From: Chthonomonadales bacterium
GTDB lineage: Bacteria; Armatimonadota; Chthonomonadetes; Chthonomonadales; CAJBBX01
NCBI GenBank assembly: GCA_049967475.1
Contig: JBMFSQ010000029.1
Span: forward strand, 1 to 44,240
DNA: 44,240 bases
Direction of reading: 5' to 3'
The notes beneath the pieces are model-generated. The model worked only from the letters and a program-made list of their open reading frames with translations, was not told the DNA's origin and did no database searches. Made by a program: the position numbers and the translations under genes. Shown here piece by piece: positions 29,619 through 41,068 of the stretch (its first letter is position 1; every line of letters starts with the position of its first letter).

Positions 29619-31445
<1,827 letters not shown>

Positions 31446-31446
31446 G

Positions 31447-32355
31447 ATGAGGGTGCTGGTTGCCGGTAGCCGGGGTTTTGTGGGATCGGCGCTTGCGCGC
31501 GAGCTGGCGCGTGCAGGGCATTCCGTATTGGGCCTCACCCGCGGCAGCCCCTCGGAGAATGAGGCACATTGGGATCCCTCCAAAGGCGAGCTGGACCTTG
31601 CCCAACTGATGCCGATCCATGCGGTGGTGAACCTGGCGGGCGAGAGCATCGCCGGGGGCCGATGGTCTGCCCAGCGAAAGGAGCGCATCCTCAAGAGCAG
31701 GACAGCCGCAACCGGCCTCCTTGCCTCCACCGCGGCCGGGCTCAACCCGAAGCCGCGCGTGTTTCTTTCCGCCTCGGCAGTGGGGTACTACGGAGACCGG
31801 GGAGATGAGATTCTTACAGAGGAAAGCCCTCCGGGAAGGGGCTTCTTGGCGGAAGTCTGCCGGCAATGGGAAGCAAGCTGCGCGCCCGCCCGGAGCGCGG
31901 GGATCCCTGTGGCCGTTCTTCGCCTCGGCGTAGTGCTTGCCTCGGAAGGGGGCGCCCTCGATCAGATGCTGCTGCCGTTCCGACGGGGGGTTGGCGGTAT
32001 CCTCGGAACCGGAAAGCAGTACATGAGCTGGATTACTTTGGCGGACGCAGTGAGTGCAATGCTCCATCTGCTCGAAGGAGAGGGAGTGGACGGTGCTTAC
32101 AACCTCTGCGCGCCTAACCCCGTCACCAATGCCGAGTTCGCCCGCACAGCAGCGCGCGTCCTGCGCCGGCCTGCGTGGGTGCGGGTTCCTGGGTTCGTGC
32201 TGCGGCTCATGCTTGGAGAGATGGCTCAGGAGATGCTTCTTTCCAGCACCCGTGCAGTTCCCGCGCGGCTGCTGCAGAGGGGCTTCGCGTTTCGGCATCC
32301 TCAACTGGAGGAAGCGCTCGCGCAGATGCTGGGGAGAGGGCCCCACACCGGCTGA
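31447..32355 (+). CDS. TIGR01777 (YfcH-like) NAD-dependent epimerase family protein
   Basis: 'AGSRGFVG', 'VVNLAGE.I...RW', 'SASAVGYYG', 'G.Q.MSWI' and 'APNPVTN.EF'. Confidence 0.9.
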   Translation: MRVLVAGSRGFVGSALARELARAGHSVLGLTRGSPSENEAHWDPSKGELDLAQLMPIHAVVNLAGESIAGGRWSAQRKERILKSRTAATGLLASTAAGLNPKPRVFLSASAVGYYGDRGDEILTEESPPGRGFLAEVCRQWEASCAPARSAGIPVAVLRLGVVLASEGGALDQMLLPFRRGVGGILGTGKQYMSWITLADAVSAMLHLLEGEGVDGAYNLCAPNPVTNAEFARTAARVLRRPAWVRVPGFVLRLMLGEMAQEMLLSSTRAVPARLLQRGFAFRHPQLEEALAQMLGRGPHTG

Positions 32356-32374
32356 CCATGCAGGTCTCACCTGC

Positions 32375-32978
<604 letters not shown>

Positions 32979-33015
32979 CACGGCCGCAGGGACCGGCGCA
33001 TCGGATACCGGAAGC

Positions 33016-33330
33016 TCAGAACCTGTCGGTTTCTACCTGCAGCCGAATGGATCTCAGCACCGCGGCCACACGCTCAGCTTCGGCAGCTTCCCCGGTAAAG
33101 GCGATGGCACGTCCCCGCACGTGGGCTTCTACTGCGATGTGCTCCGCTTCCTCGAGGCTGCACCCCGTGGCTCTCTGCAATTGAAGGATCACTTCGTCAA
33201 AGGTGTGGCAATCGCAGTTGTAGAGGATCACCACCCACGGTCCCTCGATGTCGGCAGGCAGATCGGTTCTTTCTCTTAATTCCCCTTCCGGAACGAACCT
33301 TGGATCCATGGGAGTATGCCCTGTGTCCAT
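33016..33330 (-). CDS. clpS: ATP-dependent Clp protease adaptor ClpS
   Basis: 'VVILYNCDCHTFDEVI..L' and 'A.EAH..G.AI'. Start is ambiguous (GTG 33354, ATG 33330 or ATG 33309). Confidence 0.85.
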   Translation of the reverse strand: MDTGHTPMDPRFVPEGELRERTDLPADIEGPWVVILYNCDCHTFDEVILQLQRATGCSLEEAEHIAVEAHVRGRAIAFTGEAAEAERVAAVLRSIRLQVETDRF

Positions 33331-33398
33331 CGGGAGGAACCCCTCCCCTATCACAATCCCATTGTACCACTACCGCCGGGTAGAAGCTCGGGCGGCGC

Positions 33399-34208
33399 CT
33401 AGGGGGTTACAGGTCCGCAGCTCCACACGACGGGGAAATACTCGCCCTGAAGGATCTCGCCGGGCTTCACTGTAACGCGGTGTTCCACCAGATGGGACCC
33501 GTTGGGAACATACCGCGTCCATCCCGGCATGTAGTGAACGGCGATGGCAGGCCGGCCGCGGTTGGACCGGTTAGGCGGACTGCCATGCCACGTGAGGCAA
33601 TGGTGGAACATCACTTCGCCGGCCTTGACCGGGCAGGGCACCCATTCCACCTTCTCGCCGGGCGGTACGAGCGTCGGGTCGTAGGCTGGGGTGAAATCCT
33701 CTTCATGGGTCCCAATGGTCCCTCCCTTGTGGGGACCCCATAGATGGCTGCGGGGCACCATCCACATGCAGCCGTTCTCTATATCGGCATCCTCCAGAGC
33801 CATCCACGCGCTCACCAGATCTGCCGGCTGGATGATGGGCCAATAGGGATGGTCCTGATGCCAGTTCGTAGGTCCCCCGATGACGGGAGGCTTGTACTGC
33901 ACCTGGTCGTGCCACACGCGCACCACGTCGGAGCCCATGAGGCGACTCACCGCTTCGCAGATCTGGGGGTTGTAGATATGGGCGCGGAACAAGTCATCCG
34001 CTTCCCAAATGTTCACCACTTGAATGACGACCTGCTGGGACCCGTCTCCCAGGAGGTTTCGCTTCGCTTCCGGTTGTGCGGCGGAGCGCCCGTCCAGAAC
34101 TTCGGCGAGGCGAGTACGCAGGGCCTTTACGCCTGCCTCGTCCATCACGCGCCCGTAGTGCAAAAACCCTTGCTCCCTAAACTGGGCGATTTGTGCCTCT
34201 GAGATCAT
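33399..34208 (-). CDS. Phytanoyl-CoA dioxygenase (PhyH) family Fe(II)/2OG oxygenase
   Basis: 'WHQDHPYW', 'W.ALEDA..ENGCM..VP.SH' and 'WHGS.PN.S...R'. Confidence 0.9.
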   Translation of the reverse strand: MISEAQIAQFREQGFLHYGRVMDEAGVKALRTRLAEVLDGRSAAQPEAKRNLLGDGSQQVVIQVVNIWEADDLFRAHIYNPQICEAVSRLMGSDVVRVWHDQVQYKPPVIGGPTNWHQDHPYWPIIQPADLVSAWMALEDADIENGCMWMVPRSHLWGPHKGGTIGTHEEDFTPAYDPTLVPPGEKVEWVPCPVKAGEVMFHHCLTWHGSPPNRSNRGRPAIAVHYMPGWTRYVPNGSHLVEHRVTVKPGEILQGEYFPVVWSCGPVTP

Positions 34209-34269
34209 TCGCCGATCCTCCCGGTTCCTGCAGGCCGTTCCCTTGGGATGCGCTCCGCATTCGGAGTTT

Positions 34270-34298
34270 ATTGTGCCCGGCATATGCGGTTTTGTCAA
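34270..34298 (-). promoter_or_regulatory. Putative sigma70 promoter TTGACA-N17-CACAAT for the PhyH gene
   Basis: Consensus -35, 17-nt spacer and a near-consensus -10. Confidence 0.6.
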
Positions 34299-34360
34299 CG
34301 CTTTTCTTGCGTGATGAGCGCCTGGCAGCCGAAAGAACGTGTGGTAACGGGACGCTGGTG

Positions 34361-35803
34361 TCAGGCAGCCTCTGGCAAATCTAGGGGTATGGGGATCGGC
34401 TGAGATGCGTCGAGGGCGCGCTGAACCATCTCGCCGGCGGAGGAAGCCTCATCTGGATAAACAGCCGTCCCGATGCGGAGGATGATGGGAGCCCGCCCGG
34501 CGTGGAGGCCGTCGCCTTCGATCCAGCCTCCCAATGTGGCTGCGAGGCGCTGAGACACGAAGTGCACCTTCTCGTCGGTATGGGGCAAGATCAAGCCGAA
34601 TTGCTGGGGCCCGAAGCGCGTGACGATGTCCACTCGGCGCACATGAGTGCGGATGAGGTGGGCGGCGCGGCGGAGAACTTCGTCGCCGCGCAAGGTTCCC
34701 AAGGTGCGGCTTAGGAGCTGGTGGCCCTCGAGTTCAGCGATGAGAATAGCCAGGGGATACTGATAGCGGGCTGCGCGGTTGAGTTCCTCTTCCAGGCGAA
34801 GTTGGAAGTAGTTGCGGTTGTAGAGGCGCGTAAGGCTGTCCACCACGCCTTCGGGACCGGTTTCGGCAGGAGCCGCCGAGCCGCGAAGGCCATCGGGCTG
34901 CCGGTAGCGCTTGCTGATTTCGCGCTGAGCTTCTTTGAGCTCTTCGGTGGTGATGATCTTGCGAAGCTTCCGGGTGGAGTTGCGCAGGATATGAGACACG
35001 TAATTGCACGATATGCCCAACGCACGGGCAATCTCCGTTTGGTTGCGGCCATGGAAGAAGTATTGGTCAATTACCGTCTGTTCTAGGGCCTTCAGGCGTG
35101 CCAGGGCATCGTCCAGAACGAGGCGCTCTTCCACGGGGAGCTGAAACTCTACGCGCGTGTCTGCGCAGACGCGGTCCAGATCATACCCTGCGGCATCGTC
35201 GTTGGGATCGGATCCGCCATCCAGGGAGGCGACTTTGAAGACCTCCCGTGTGGTGAGCAGATCGGCGACGGCCTCTTCGGACATACCGGTTAGTTGGGCG
35301 ATCTCGGCATGGGTGGGCGCCCTTCCGAGTTCCTGGGAGAGGCTCTCGATGACGCGCGTCACGCGCTGGTTGAGTTCCTGGAGCCAGGCAGGCTCCTTGA
35401 TGATCTTGCCCCGATCTCTGAGATAGTGCTTGATCTGCCCGATGATGAAGTGCGTTGCGTAAGTGCTGAACTTCACGCCCTTGTCGGCGTTATACCCGTC
35501 TACTGCGGTGATGAGGCCGATATACCCTTCTTGGACGAGGTCTTCTACGGGTTCTGCGGACCCTGCGAAGCGCCGGGCGACGCTTTCCACGAGGTTGGCG
35601 TACTGCATCACGATGCGGTCACGCAGTTCCGGCTTGCGCGTAGATTGGTACCTGCGCAAAAGCGCAGCAACCTCATGATCCGAAAGGCGGCGGGAGGTGT
35701 CTTGTCGCATATCCCTTGCCGACGCGGCGTTCGTCCATCTTTCGCCGCTCGCGTCATCCATGACGGAGCCTATGGGCCTGCGGGGAGAGTGGCTTGCCCT
35801 CAA
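34361..35803 (-). CDS. SigB/SigF/SigG-type sigma-70 factor fused to a degenerate GGDEF domain
   Basis: Sigma region 2 'EDLVQEGYIGLI.AVD.Y...KGVKFSTYA..FI.GQIKHYLRD', region 3 'LGRAPT..EIA' and region 4 'NQTEIARALGIS.NYVS'. C-terminal 'DSLTRLYNR...GDEVL...RRVDIVTRFGPQQF.LILP'. Start is TTG 35803 or ATG 35761. Confidence 0.88.
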   Translation of the reverse strand: MRASHSPRRPIGSVMDDASGERWTNAASARDMRQDTSRRLSDHEVAALLRRYQSTRKPELRDRIVMQYANLVESVARRFAGSAEPVEDLVQEGYIGLITAVDGYNADKGVKFSTYATHFIIGQIKHYLRDRGKIIKEPAWLQELNQRVTRVIESLSQELGRAPTHAEIAQLTGMSEEAVADLLTTREVFKVASLDGGSDPNDDAAGYDLDRVCADTRVEFQLPVEERLVLDDALARLKALEQTVIDQYFFHGRNQTEIARALGISCNYVSHILRNSTRKLRKIITTEELKEAQREISKRYRQPDGLRGSAAPAETGPEGVVDSLTRLYNRNYFQLRLEEELNRAARYQYPLAILIAELEGHQLLSRTLGTLRGDEVLRRAAHLIRTHVRRVDIVTRFGPQQFGLILPHTDEKVHFVSQRLAATLGGWIEGDGLHAGRAPIILRIGTAVYPDEASSAGEMVQRALDASQPIPIPLDLPEAA

Positions 35804-35861
35804 GGCTCTCCGTACTGTGATTATTGCCGGAAAGGCGCGCGAACTGGAGGGCCCGCACCCT

Positions 35862-36731
35862 TCAGCCCTTGATGCCCGTGAGCGTCACGCCTTGGATGAA
35901 GGTCCTCTGCGCGAGGAAGAAGATTACGAGAATGGGAAGCGTCATCACGGTGCTGGCCGCCATGAGCATCGCCCACTCTGCGCCGTGCTGGCTCACGAAC
36001 CGCTGGAGGCCCAAGGAGAGGGTGTAGCTCCGCTCGTCATTGAGGTACATGAGGGGCCCCAAAAAGTCGTTCCATGCGCCGATGAAGGTGAAGAGCCCTA
36101 CGGTGGCCAGGGCCGGCTTCGCCAGCGGAAGAATGATGCGGCCATAGATGGCCAATTCCGAGCAGCCGTCAATCTTGGCGGCGTCGGAGAGCTCGTTGGG
36201 AATGGTGAGAAAGAACTGCCTCAGCAGGAATACCGAGAAGGCACTGCCGAAGAACGAGGGCACAACCAGCGGCTTGATGCTTCCGATCCAACCAAGCCAT
36301 TTGAAGATGGTGAAGGTTGGGATGAGCGTTACTTGCGCCGGAAGGATCATGGTAGACACGAGCACCAAGAACACTGCGTCGCGGCCGCGCCATCGTATCT
36401 TGGCCAAGCTGTAGGCTACCAGCGAACACGACACAACGGTCCCTGCTACGTTGAGGCAGCAGATAACGAGGGTGTTCCACGTATAGCGGGCAAACGGGAT
36501 ATAAGTCAGAGCGCGCGGATAATTGCGCCATACAAGCGGATGAGGGATCCACACCGGAGGCATGGCGAATACTTGACTGTCGGGCTTGAGCGAGGTGCTT
36601 ACCAGCCAGTAGAAGGGCAGAGCGAAGAAGAGGCCGATGCCCAGCAGCATCCCGTGGGAAGCCGCGGCCTGAAGAATACGGGCGATGTTCCGGGCGTTCC
36701 GCGTATTTCTCATCGCGCGTTGCGGTGTCAT
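35862..36731 (-). CDS. Carbohydrate ABC transporter permease (MalG-like)
   Basis: EAA loop 'IPNELSDAAKIDG' and 'WNDFLGPL'. Start uncertain (36731 or 36713). Confidence 0.92.
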   Translation of the reverse strand: MTPQRAMRNTRNARNIARILQAAASHGMLLGIGLFFALPFYWLVSTSLKPDSQVFAMPPVWIPHPLVWRNYPRALTYIPFARYTWNTLVICCLNVAGTVVSCSLVAYSLAKIRWRGRDAVFLVLVSTMILPAQVTLIPTFTIFKWLGWIGSIKPLVVPSFFGSAFSVFLLRQFFLTIPNELSDAAKIDGCSELAIYGRIILPLAKPALATVGLFTFIGAWNDFLGPLMYLNDERSYTLSLGLQRFVSQHGAEWAMLMAASTVMTLPILVIFFLAQRTFIQGVTLTGIKG

Positions 36732-36777
36732 GCGGCCGCACACGCCCGCCGTTTGTACCCTGCGGATGCTCGCGTCA

Positions 36778-37674
36778 TCATCGCGGCTCTCCAGCGTAAT
36801 ACACCCACCGCGCCGAAGTTCGGAACACGACGAGGGCGCAAGCAAGCGCAATCACAAATAAAAACCACGCCATGGCCGATGCATACCCCATTTTGAAGTC
36901 CAGAAAAGCTTGGTTGAAGAGATGAAGGGCATAGAACATCGTGGCATCCTGGGGACCGCCATTGGTCATCACATAAGCCTGAGTGAAGTACTGGAATGAC
37001 CCGATGAGGCCCATGATAAGGTTGAACAGAATTACCGGTGAGAGCATAGGGAGCGTCACGTGGCGAAAGCGCGCCCATCTCCCCGCTCCGTCCAGGGCTG
37101 CCGCTTCATAAAGAGCCTCGGGAATGTCTTGGAGGCCTGCCAGGTAGATCACCATGCTTCCGCCGGCGCCCCAAACGCCCATCAGGATGAGCCCCGGCTT
37201 GGCCCATGCCGGATCCGTCAGCCAGGCCGGCGGATGCACGATCCCTACCCACCGCAACGCGACATTCACCAACCCGATCTCGGGGTTCAGAAGCCACAGC
37301 CAGATGATGGAAGCGGCCACCACCGGCGTGATGCTCGGGAGGTAATAAAGCGTGCGGTAGAATGCGATGCCGCGCAGCTTGCGGTTCAACAAAAGGGCGA
37401 TGCCTAGAGAGGCTGCCAGCCCAACGGGTAACCCCACCACCACCATGTAAAGGGTATTCCAGAGAGATTTCCAAAAGAGGGGATCCTCCAGGAACATCCG
37501 TTCATAATTCTGCAGTCCCACCCAATGTGGGGGACGGATGGCGTCGTAACTGCAAAAGCTGTAATAGAGCGACGCAGCAATGGGATAGGCTGTGAAGACG
37601 CTGAAGCCGATGAACCATGGAGCCGCAAAGAGCAATCCGTACGCTACATTGCGCTTCGCTTCTCGTCCGCTCAT
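36778..37674 (-). CDS. Carbohydrate ABC transporter permease (MalF-like)
   Basis: 'VGLQNY', 'LAGLQDIP..LYEAA.LDGA' and 'MGYASA'. Confidence 0.93.
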   Translation of the reverse strand: MSGREAKRNVAYGLLFAAPWFIGFSVFTAYPIAASLYYSFCSYDAIRPPHWVGLQNYERMFLEDPLFWKSLWNTLYMVVVGLPVGLAASLGIALLLNRKLRGIAFYRTLYYLPSITPVVAASIIWLWLLNPEIGLVNVALRWVGIVHPPAWLTDPAWAKPGLILMGVWGAGGSMVIYLAGLQDIPEALYEAAALDGAGRWARFRHVTLPMLSPVILFNLIMGLIGSFQYFTQAYVMTNGGPQDATMFYALHLFNQAFLDFKMGYASAMAWFLFVIALACALVVFRTSARWVYYAGEPR

Positions 37675-37745
37675 TGATGCTCCTGTGTCCGTATTGTCTG
37701 CATCGCTGCCTGCAATAATGCCATGCCCGCCGGCATTGAGGGGAA

Positions 37746-39032
37746 CTAACGCCCCAGGTCCGCAAGGGTGCGCTTCAGCTCGAGGCTCATCCGCGTTTGT
37801 AGGTCATCCAAAAGACGCTTGGGATCTTTACCGCCCAGCATGGCTGCCTGCTCCACGCGGGTAATCTCCCGGCTGTAGGTGGGCCAGATTGGGATGGGAG
37901 GAGGTCCAAAGGAGTTGGCGCCCTGGGCGATGGCGATGGCAAAGCGGAAGAGGGGATCCCGCTGGAATGCAGGATCTCTCCCCACTTCAAGGAGCGGCGG
38001 AACGTTACCGATGCCCAAGCAAAATTCCTTCACCGCATGGGGACTACTGATCCAGTTCAGGAATTCCCAGGCTTCCACCTTGTGTTTGCATGCTGCGGGG
38101 ATTACGAATACGCTTCCCCCTGCGGTGGTGCAATCGGTGCGGCCGCCAGGCGGAGCAGGAAGGGCGAACCAACCCCAGTTCAGCTTCGGCGCATACCTGC
38201 GGATGAATTCCTTGGCCCATTCTCCTGTGGACCACATCGCTACTTTACCCACGAAGAACGGGCCGCTGGGAGTTTCGTCGCTGCCGAAGGTCGTTTGAAA
38301 TGCTTCCATACGCTGGATGTCATACTTCTTGCGGTAAGAGGCCATCCACTCCAGAGCGGCTACATTGTGGGGATCGTTTGCCGTGATGCGCTTGGACCGC
38401 GTGTCGTACCATCCGCCTCCGAAGACGTAGGCCCAGAGGTTGAGCCCGCCGGGCCGAAAGCCGTACCGGATGAAATTCCCATGGGCATCGTACTTCGTGC
38501 AAGCCCGTGCCGCCGCATCCAATTCGGCAATGGTGCGAGGAGGGTTGTTGGGATCCAGCCCCGCATCGGCAAAGATTGCCTTGTTGTAGGCAATGAAATT
38601 GGTGTTGGTGGTTACCGCGAGGCCGTATACATGTCCCTCTATCTGAAGCATCTTGGCGACGCCCGGGGCGAACTCGCGGTTCACGTCACGACCGCTCTTG
38701 AGTAGGTAATGATCAAGCGGCGTGAGAACACCGCGCATGGCGTACCCCGCAAGCTCATCGGCCCATACGGTGGACATCACGTCGGGGGTGGCTCCTCCCG
38801 CAAAGGCGATGCGCACCTTTTGGTATCCGGAATTGCCGAACTGCGACAGCATGTGCACATGGATATGCGGATGGGTCCGGTTGAACTCGTTGATGAGGCG
38901 CTGCTGGACCTCGAATTCGTGTCCCGACCACCCGGTCCAATACACAATCTCGGTAACGCCCTTGGCTGCGGGCTTTTCGCATCCGGCTAGGACTGCGGTG
39001 ATCGCCAAGATCGGCACTATGCACAGGCGCAT
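37746..39032 (-). CDS. Carbohydrate ABC transporter substrate-binding lipoprotein
   Basis: Lipobox 'LAGC', 'EFNRTHPHI', 'YNKAIF..AGLDP..PP.T' and 'F..GKVAM...GEW'. Confidence 0.9.
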   Translation of the reverse strand: MRLCIVPILAITAVLAGCEKPAAKGVTEIVYWTGWSGHEFEVQQRLINEFNRTHPHIHVHMLSQFGNSGYQKVRIAFAGGATPDVMSTVWADELAGYAMRGVLTPLDHYLLKSGRDVNREFAPGVAKMLQIEGHVYGLAVTTNTNFIAYNKAIFADAGLDPNNPPRTIAELDAAARACTKYDAHGNFIRYGFRPGGLNLWAYVFGGGWYDTRSKRITANDPHNVAALEWMASYRKKYDIQRMEAFQTTFGSDETPSGPFFVGKVAMWSTGEWAKEFIRRYAPKLNWGWFALPAPPGGRTDCTTAGGSVFVIPAACKHKVEAWEFLNWISSPHAVKEFCLGIGNVPPLLEVGRDPAFQRDPLFRFAIAIAQGANSFGPPPIPIWPTYSREITRVEQAAMLGGKDPKRLLDDLQTRMSLELKRTLADLGR

Positions 39033-39168
39033 AAGGATTTCCCGAAAGAATGCCGAATAAGCACATGCGTGCGATGCGGCTGCCATCTGCGTCCAACCGG
39101 GCCTGAGGCGGCTTGTGGCATACTTCATGCAGGGGTTCCAGATGGATCCCATCTAAGGAGCGTTCCGG

Positions 39169-39795
39169 ATGCGGTTTATTCTCATCGGCGTACTTTTCCT
39201 GCTGGCCCTACCCACATGGGCTCAATTCGGAGGCTTTTCGCTGTCTGGAGCGAACTTGCCGAGGCCTTCCATGCCAAGCCTGCCCACTGTTCAGGCTGCA
39301 CCGACCCTGCCGAGCGTCACTGCGATCCGGCCCTCCGGACCCCGCTTGCTGGTGAACCCGACTGCGGTGGCCCCTACGCCGGAAGGACTTTCCGCCCCGG
39401 CGGCCCTCAGCATAGGGCCTTTCATTCAGCCGCCGTACGTGTCCGAAGCCAAACCGGTTGTGGGTTCTGTGATCGAACCGGTGGCGGCAGGCTATGCAGG
39501 GTTTCTGGAGCCTGGGCCCATCGTCAACCAAACAGCACCGGCCCAATCCGAGCCCCGACCCCAGTTCGGACCCATCGTACCTGCGGCGCTGGATCTGAAC
39601 CCAGTGATTGTGGAACCGCTCAAGGCAACATCGCTCGAGCCTGCGAAGGTTCAGATACAATCTCCAGCCGGCCCGCAGCCTTCGGCGGTTCAGGCGGCCT
39701 TCCCATCGCCGCCCGGGCCCACGGTACCGCACCTCCTCATCCCTGTAACAGATCTATTTGCCCGCCCGTCTGCTCCGCGCGCGGCGGACCGGTGA
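39169..39795 (+). CDS. Secreted proline-rich hypothetical protein
   Basis: SD AAGGAG and a clear signal peptide. The rest is Pro/Ala/Val-rich low complexity. Confidence 0.6.
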   Translation: MRFILIGVLFLLALPTWAQFGGFSLSGANLPRPSMPSLPTVQAAPTLPSVTAIRPSGPRLLVNPTAVAPTPEGLSAPAALSIGPFIQPPYVSEAKPVVGSVIEPVAAGYAGFLEPGPIVNQTAPAQSEPRPQFGPIVPAALDLNPVIVEPLKATSLEPAKVQIQSPAGPQPSAVQAAFPSPPGPTVPHLLIPVTDLFARPSAPRAADR

Positions 39796-41068
39796 TGCCC
39801 AGAACGGCAATGGCTCCTGCAAGCGCGAACACCAGGGACCCTAGGAAGACCCCGGTATACGAAGTGTACTGCGCCAACAATCCTCCCGCAAGCCCGTAGA
39901 GGGCGGTCGGCGCCAGGAGCAGGGAAGACACCCCCACAGCGAAGGGGCGCTCAGCGGGACTGGTGCTCTCCAGGAGAACATTGCTTGTAAGCATCCAAAG
40001 GCCGTCTTGTGCCCCGCCCATGAGGAAGAAGACGATGGGCAGTGTCCACATTCCGGCGGAGGATGCAGCCAATGCAGCCATGGGCATCAATACGACAGCG
40101 GCAGTGATGATGCGCAGGCCGGTTACGGCCCCGTGCCGATCGGACACCCAGCCCCACACGGGCCCTGTGACCAGACGCCCAACATTTTGCACCACTACGT
40201 ACACTCCCACCATGCGCAGAGACACGTGAAGGTCGTTGCGTGCGTACAACACGTAGAAGGGGCCGGCCATTCCCGAGCCGTCCAGCAGGAGCCGGTAGAG
40301 AACGAGCCGGGCAACCCGCGGATACCGGCGCAGCATAGGGCCCACGCGGCGCACATAGGCATTGAATGCCGGCTTCTCGTCCTCATCCGGCAGGTCTCCC
40401 TTGGGCTCCCGAACAAATGCCAGCGCCAACTCCGACAACCATGCGCACGCGCACCATAGTGCTCCGAGCAAGGCAAAGTTGCGCGGGAAGGGCAGTCCGC
40501 GAGATTGCAGGATGCGCGCGACGATTGCACCGCACACCATGGCCAGCAGGCCCATGAGCGTTTGCATCATTCCGAAAAGGCGCCCCCTGGCCCGGGGAGG
40601 GATCGCCTTGGCAACGATATCCAGCCAGCTTACCGCGGAGGCGCCGTCCATCAGCGAGAAGATTGATGTGAATACGAGCAACCCCACCAACGCGAGTTGC
40701 GGCCGGGTAGCTCCCCAGGCTAGGAGGATTGCAGGTACGAACAGCAACCCCGCCCGGCTGATGCCTGCCGTCAAGAGCAGATACCGTTTGTGGTAGGCGC
40801 GGCCGTGGATCCAATGGGCAGCGAAGAGGGCCGGAAGGCTGTACCCTACCGACTGCATGAGACGGGTGAAGCCGATGACCGTGTCGCTTGCGTGGAGCCT
40901 GCTGAGGAGAACCGGCAAGACCGTGGATCCATCGAAGAAGGCAAGCCCGGCGAAGAAGGCGCAGGCCTCCAACAGGAGCACGGCGAAGTTCCAGCGAAAG
41001 TTACGGGCGACGAAGGCCGCCGCCCGCTCCTCGCCCGTGCCTGCAGGATGTTCCGTTAAAGGAGCTAT
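39737..41068 (-). CDS. MFS transporter
   Basis: About 12 TM helices, 'W.DIVAKAIP...RG..FG' and 'WG..SDRHG'. The open frame extends upstream of GTG 40981 to an ATA at 41068 preceded by GGAGG. Confidence 0.85.
   Translation of the reverse strand: MAPLTEHPAGTGEERAAAFVARNFRWNFAVLLLEACAFFAGLAFFDGSTVLPVLLSRLHASDTVIGFTRLMQSVGYSLPALFAAHWIHGRAYHKRYLLLTAGISRAGLLFVPAILLAWGATRPQLALVGLLVFTSIFSLMDGASAVSWLDIVAKAIPPRARGRLFGMMQTLMGLLAMVCGAIVARILQSRGLPFPRNFALLGALWCACAWLSELALAFVREPKGDLPDEDEKPAFNAYVRRVGPMLRRYPRVARLVLYRLLLDGSGMAGPFYVLYARNDLHVSLRMVGVYVVVQNVGRLVTGPVWGWVSDRHGAVTGLRIITAAVVLMPMAALAASSAGMWTLPIVFFLMGGAQDGLWMLTSNVLLESTSPAERPFAVGVSSLLLAPTALYGLAGGLLAQYTSYTGVFLGSLVFALAGAIAVLGITGPPRAEQTGGQIDLLQG

Noticed and set aside
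37675..37745. Hairpin between the ABC binding-protein and permease genes as an ncRNA or terminator
   Set aside because: It is a short stem with no U-tract, at most an ordinary mRNA-stabilising element.
35862..39032. ABC transporter lacking an ATPase gene
   Set aside because: This is common for CUT1 sugar transporters that share an MsmX/MalK ATPase encoded elsewhere.
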